Below are positions 8,434 through 10,733 of a stretch of DNA of 10,733 nucleotides, one piece after another (the stretch's first letter is position 1; each line of letters begins with the position of its first letter). The stretch is from an uncultured Aquificales bacterium (GTDB lineage Bacteria; Thermosulfidibacterota; Thermosulfidibacteria; Thermosulfidibacterales; Thermosulfidibacteraceae). The position numbers and the translations under genes were made by a program. Where the stretch lies: assembly GCA_964411615.1 (NCBI GenBank), contig CAYPLO010000013.1, forward strand, positions 18,788 through 29,520. The letters run 5' to 3'. The notes under the pieces were generated by a model. It searched no databases and had not been told where the DNA came from. It saw nothing but the letters and a program-made list of their open reading frames with translations.

Positions 8434-9557
8434 TAGATGTTGTTGTGGTTGCCGCAGGCAGGGGAAGCAGGTTCGGTGAGAAGAAGCAGTGGAAGCTCCT
8501 CAAGGGAAGACCTGTTGTAGCTTACTCTCTGGAAGTCTTTGATAACCATCCCCTTGTATCTTCAATTCTTCTCGGTGTGCCTGAAGAGGACATATCCATA
8601 GGCGAAAAGGTCCTCGCCAGATATGCTCCCTCAAAGGGCCGCCTGGTCTTCCCCGGAGGAGGAGAACGCTACCATACGGTTATGAACGGTCTTGCCCATG
8701 TCTGTGCAGAGTATGTTGCCGTACACGATGGGGCAAGGCCCTTTGTTAAGGGTGAGCTCCTTGACAGGCTCTTTGACGCCATGAAGGGTGGGGTTGACGG
8801 CGTTGTGCCGGCTGTTGCATCCCGCGATACTGTCAAGGAAGTTGAGGGTAACCTTGTCAAGTCCACCCTTGACAGAAGCAGGGTGTTTCTGGTTCAAACT
8901 CCCCAGCTCTTCAGGACGGATGCCTTAAAGAGGGCCTACGAGCTCTTGCCGGAGGGTGCCTCTGTGACGGATGATGCCTCTGTGGTGGAGCTTGCGGGGG
9001 GAAAGATTGTGGTGGTTGAGGGTGATGAGGAAAACTTCAAGATAACCACACCTGAGGACTGGAGGGTTGCCGAGGCCATGTTCTCAGATGTTAGAATGGG
9101 GTTCGGATACGATATCCACAGAACGTGCCAGGGCCATTGTATAAGGCTTGGAGGGGTTGATGTGCCTGCTGAGTTTGGTCTTTCTGGCCATTCCGATGCG
9201 GACGTTGTCATACATGCCCTTGTGGACGCACTCCTTGGAGCCTTGGGTCTTGGGGATATAGGAGAATGGTTTCCCGATACAGATGATAAGTGGAGGGGGG
9301 CAGACAGCAGCATCTTTCTGAAAAAGGCTGTGGAAAAGGTCCGAGAGATGGGATATGAGATTGGCTCTGTGGACATAACTATCGTTGCCCAGAGACCGAA
9401 GCTGTCTTCATACAAGGGTGCTATAAGGGAGAGCCTTTCCCGTATGCTGGGGGTGGGAGCTGATAGGGTTAACGTTAAGGCCAAGACCAAAGAGGGGCTT
9501 GACTCAACGGGGAGATGCGAGGCGGTAGAGGCCTACGCAGTGGTGGTGGTTCATTAG
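8430..9557 (+). CDS. ispDF: Bifunctional MEP cytidylyltransferase / MEcPP synthase, 375 aa
   Basis: IspD part: AAGRGSRFG..KQ, VHDGARPF, QTPQLF, TDDAS, NFKITTPED. IspF part, in frame: RMGFGYDIH, GHSDADVVIHALVDALLGA, DIG..FPDTD, NVKAKT. GTGA overlap with the upstream gene. Confidence 0.96.
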   Translation: MIDVVVVAAGRGSRFGEKKQWKLLKGRPVVAYSLEVFDNHPLVSSILLGVPEEDISIGEKVLARYAPSKGRLVFPGGGERYHTVMNGLAHVCAEYVAVHDGARPFVKGELLDRLFDAMKGGVDGVVPAVASRDTVKEVEGNLVKSTLDRSRVFLVQTPQLFRTDALKRAYELLPEGASVTDDASVVELAGGKIVVVEGDEENFKITTPEDWRVAEAMFSDVRMGFGYDIHRTCQGHCIRLGGVDVPAEFGLSGHSDADVVIHALVDALLGALGLGDIGEWFPDTDDKWRGADSSIFLKKAVEKVREMGYEIGSVDITIVAQRPKLSSYKGAIRESLSRMLGVGADRVNVKAKTKEGLDSTGRCEAVEAYAVVVVH

Positions 9558-9559
9558 CC

Positions 9560-10733
9560 ATGTGGCAGAGGATACTTGAGGGCATAGTTGACCCCCTGTG
9601 CGTGCTGGATGCTCCAACCAGAGAGGTGGTCTTTAAAAACAGTGCCTACGACACCCTGCTGAAGAGCCATCCCAGGGATTACCTGGGGGACAGATTCTAC
9701 TCGGAGGTCCTTGCCCTTCTTGATGCTAATCGTTCCTTTGTTGGCGTTCTCTCCTTTGAGTGGAAAAGAGAAAGGTTTTACTTTCTGGGCCATTTCTTCC
9801 CCGTTGAAGATAAGGGAAAGTTCTACGTCTTCCATTACAAAGATGTATCTGATGTGGTTGAGGCCCAGCAGGAACTTTCAAGGGAGCATACGAGGTACCA
9901 GTTCCTTTTGAGCAATGTTCCCGGAGTCGTGGGCCTCATAAGAAAAGAGGGGGAGATATTCTACGTGAGCCCCTCGGTGAGCATGGTGAGGGGGTTCTCC
10001 CCATCAGAACTTGAGGGGAAGAACTACCTTGACTTTGTCCATCCGGCAGACAGAGAGCTGGTTGAATCGGCCATGCTCAGCGTTCTCAGGGGAAAGAAAA
10101 GAAGAGAAATGGTTGAGTGCAGACAGAGGATGTATGATGGGGGATACAGGTTCTTTGAGGTGAGCTTCAGGTCCGTTCCTAAGGGATTGCTCAAGGGGTT
10201 TGAGGGGCTGGTCTTTCAGGAGATGGACATAACCTCCAGAAAGTCACTTGAGCACAGATTCAAAAGGCTCATATACATGGACGAGGTTACAGGGCTTCCC
10301 AACAAGCGCCACTTCCTTGAGAGACTTTCCCTGGCCCTCAGCGTCTCCGAGCACGAAGGGACCAGGGTGGGGATTGTTGTTCTGGATATAAGGAACATGA
10401 GGCGTATAGGGGATGTATACGGAAGCACCGTGGGAGATGCCCTTTTGAGGGAGTTCGGTGGAAGGCTTCTGTCCTTGGTCAGGGATACGGACTTTGTGGC
10501 CAGGGTTTGGTCCGACGAGTTCGCAGTGGCCCTTGTGGGGGTGAAGGAGAAGTCTTTAATAGAAAAGGTGGTGAACAGGCTGGTCTCCTCTGTAGTCGGC
10601 TACTACGACGTCTTTGACCACAGGATATTTGTGGATGTGAGGGCAGGAGTTGCGGTCTTTCCCGACGATGGAGTGCACCCTGAGGACCTACTCAGAAAGG
10701 CCCACATGGCCATGGGCTTCTCAGAGAAGGGGA
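9560..10733 (+). CDS. PAS-PAS-GGDEF(degenerate) signalling protein, 3'-truncated by window edge (not in the supplied ORF track)
   Basis: My translation from ATG 9560 is open to the window end: MWQRILEGIVDPLCVLD...VVFKNSAY (PAS-like), IFYVSPSV...GFSPSELEGKNYLDFVHPADRE...DITSRK (PAS/PAC), DEVTGLPNKRHF...VRDTDFVARVWSDEFAV...AGVAVFPDDG...LLRKA (GGDEF fold). Confidence 0.9.
   Translation, partial: MWQRILEGIVDPLCVLDAPTREVVFKNSAYDTLLKSHPRDYLGDRFYSEVLALLDANRSFVGVLSFEWKRERFYFLGHFFPVEDKGKFYVFHYKDVSDVVEAQQELSREHTRYQFLLSNVPGVVGLIRKEGEIFYVSPSVSMVRGFSPSELEGKNYLDFVHPADRELVESAMLSVLRGKKRREMVECRQRMYDGGYRFFEVSFRSVPKGLLKGFEGLVFQEMDITSRKSLEHRFKRLIYMDEVTGLPNKRHFLERLSLALSVSEHEGTRVGIVVLDIRNMRRIGDVYGSTVGDALLREFGGRLLSLVRDTDFVARVWSDEFAVALVGVKEKSLIEKVVNRLVSSVVGYYDVFDHRIFVDVRAGVAVFPDDGVHPEDLLRKAHMAMGFSEKG

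Noticed and set aside
8936..9490. 184-aa antisense ORF and the other short alternative-frame ORFs in the track (e.g. 547-960, 3486-3926, 6758-7177, 7912-8403, 9554-9835)
   Set aside because: They overlap well-supported genes, are often S/T/P-rich as expected for shadows of biased codon usage, and show no recognisable motifs.
9499..9531. TTGACT as a -35 box for an internal promoter of the PAS-GGDEF gene
   Set aside because: No acceptable -10 hexamer at 16-18 bp spacing.
9540..9550. GTG trinucleotide run as a possible slippage tract
   Set aside because: It is very short, encodes the VVVV terminal strand of IspF, and probably doubles as the SD for the next gene.
9558..10733. Apparent non-coding or pseudogene region implied by the gap in the ORF track
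   Set aside because: The frame from ATG 9560 is open to the window end. It was most likely omitted because its stop lies outside the window.
1..10733. tRNA, rRNA, CRISPR array, IS element or prophage
   Set aside because: Coding density leaves only one 133-bp intergenic gap. I saw no spaced repeats, terminal inverted repeats, transposase or integrase motifs.

Overview
Gene-dense bacterial chromosomal window of housekeeping and envelope genes. Heavy use of AGG/AGA for Arg and ATA for Ile, plus E/K/V-rich proteins, suggests a thermophilic diderm (inference). Order: 3' end of glnD (+), converging on a minus-strand unit resB-ccsA-argD (system II cytochrome c maturation plus acetylornithine aminotransferase). 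A 133-bp intergenic region with candidate back-to-back sigma70 promoters follows. Then comes a tightly packed plus-strand unit: long MCE/MlaD protein, radA, carD, PIN/TRAM membrane protein, fused ispDF, and a PAS-PAS-degenerate GGDEF gene that runs off the window and is absent from the supplied ORF track. The most notable items are an MlaD with a long helical stalk and a predicted C-terminal beta-barrel but no adjacent mlaE/mlaF, a GGDEF domain degenerated to WSDEF with an intact RxxD site, a candidate carD promoter inside radA, and a 9-bp direct repeat bracketing argD. I saw no RNA genes, mobile elements or CRISPR arrays, and no clearly new multi-gene system.
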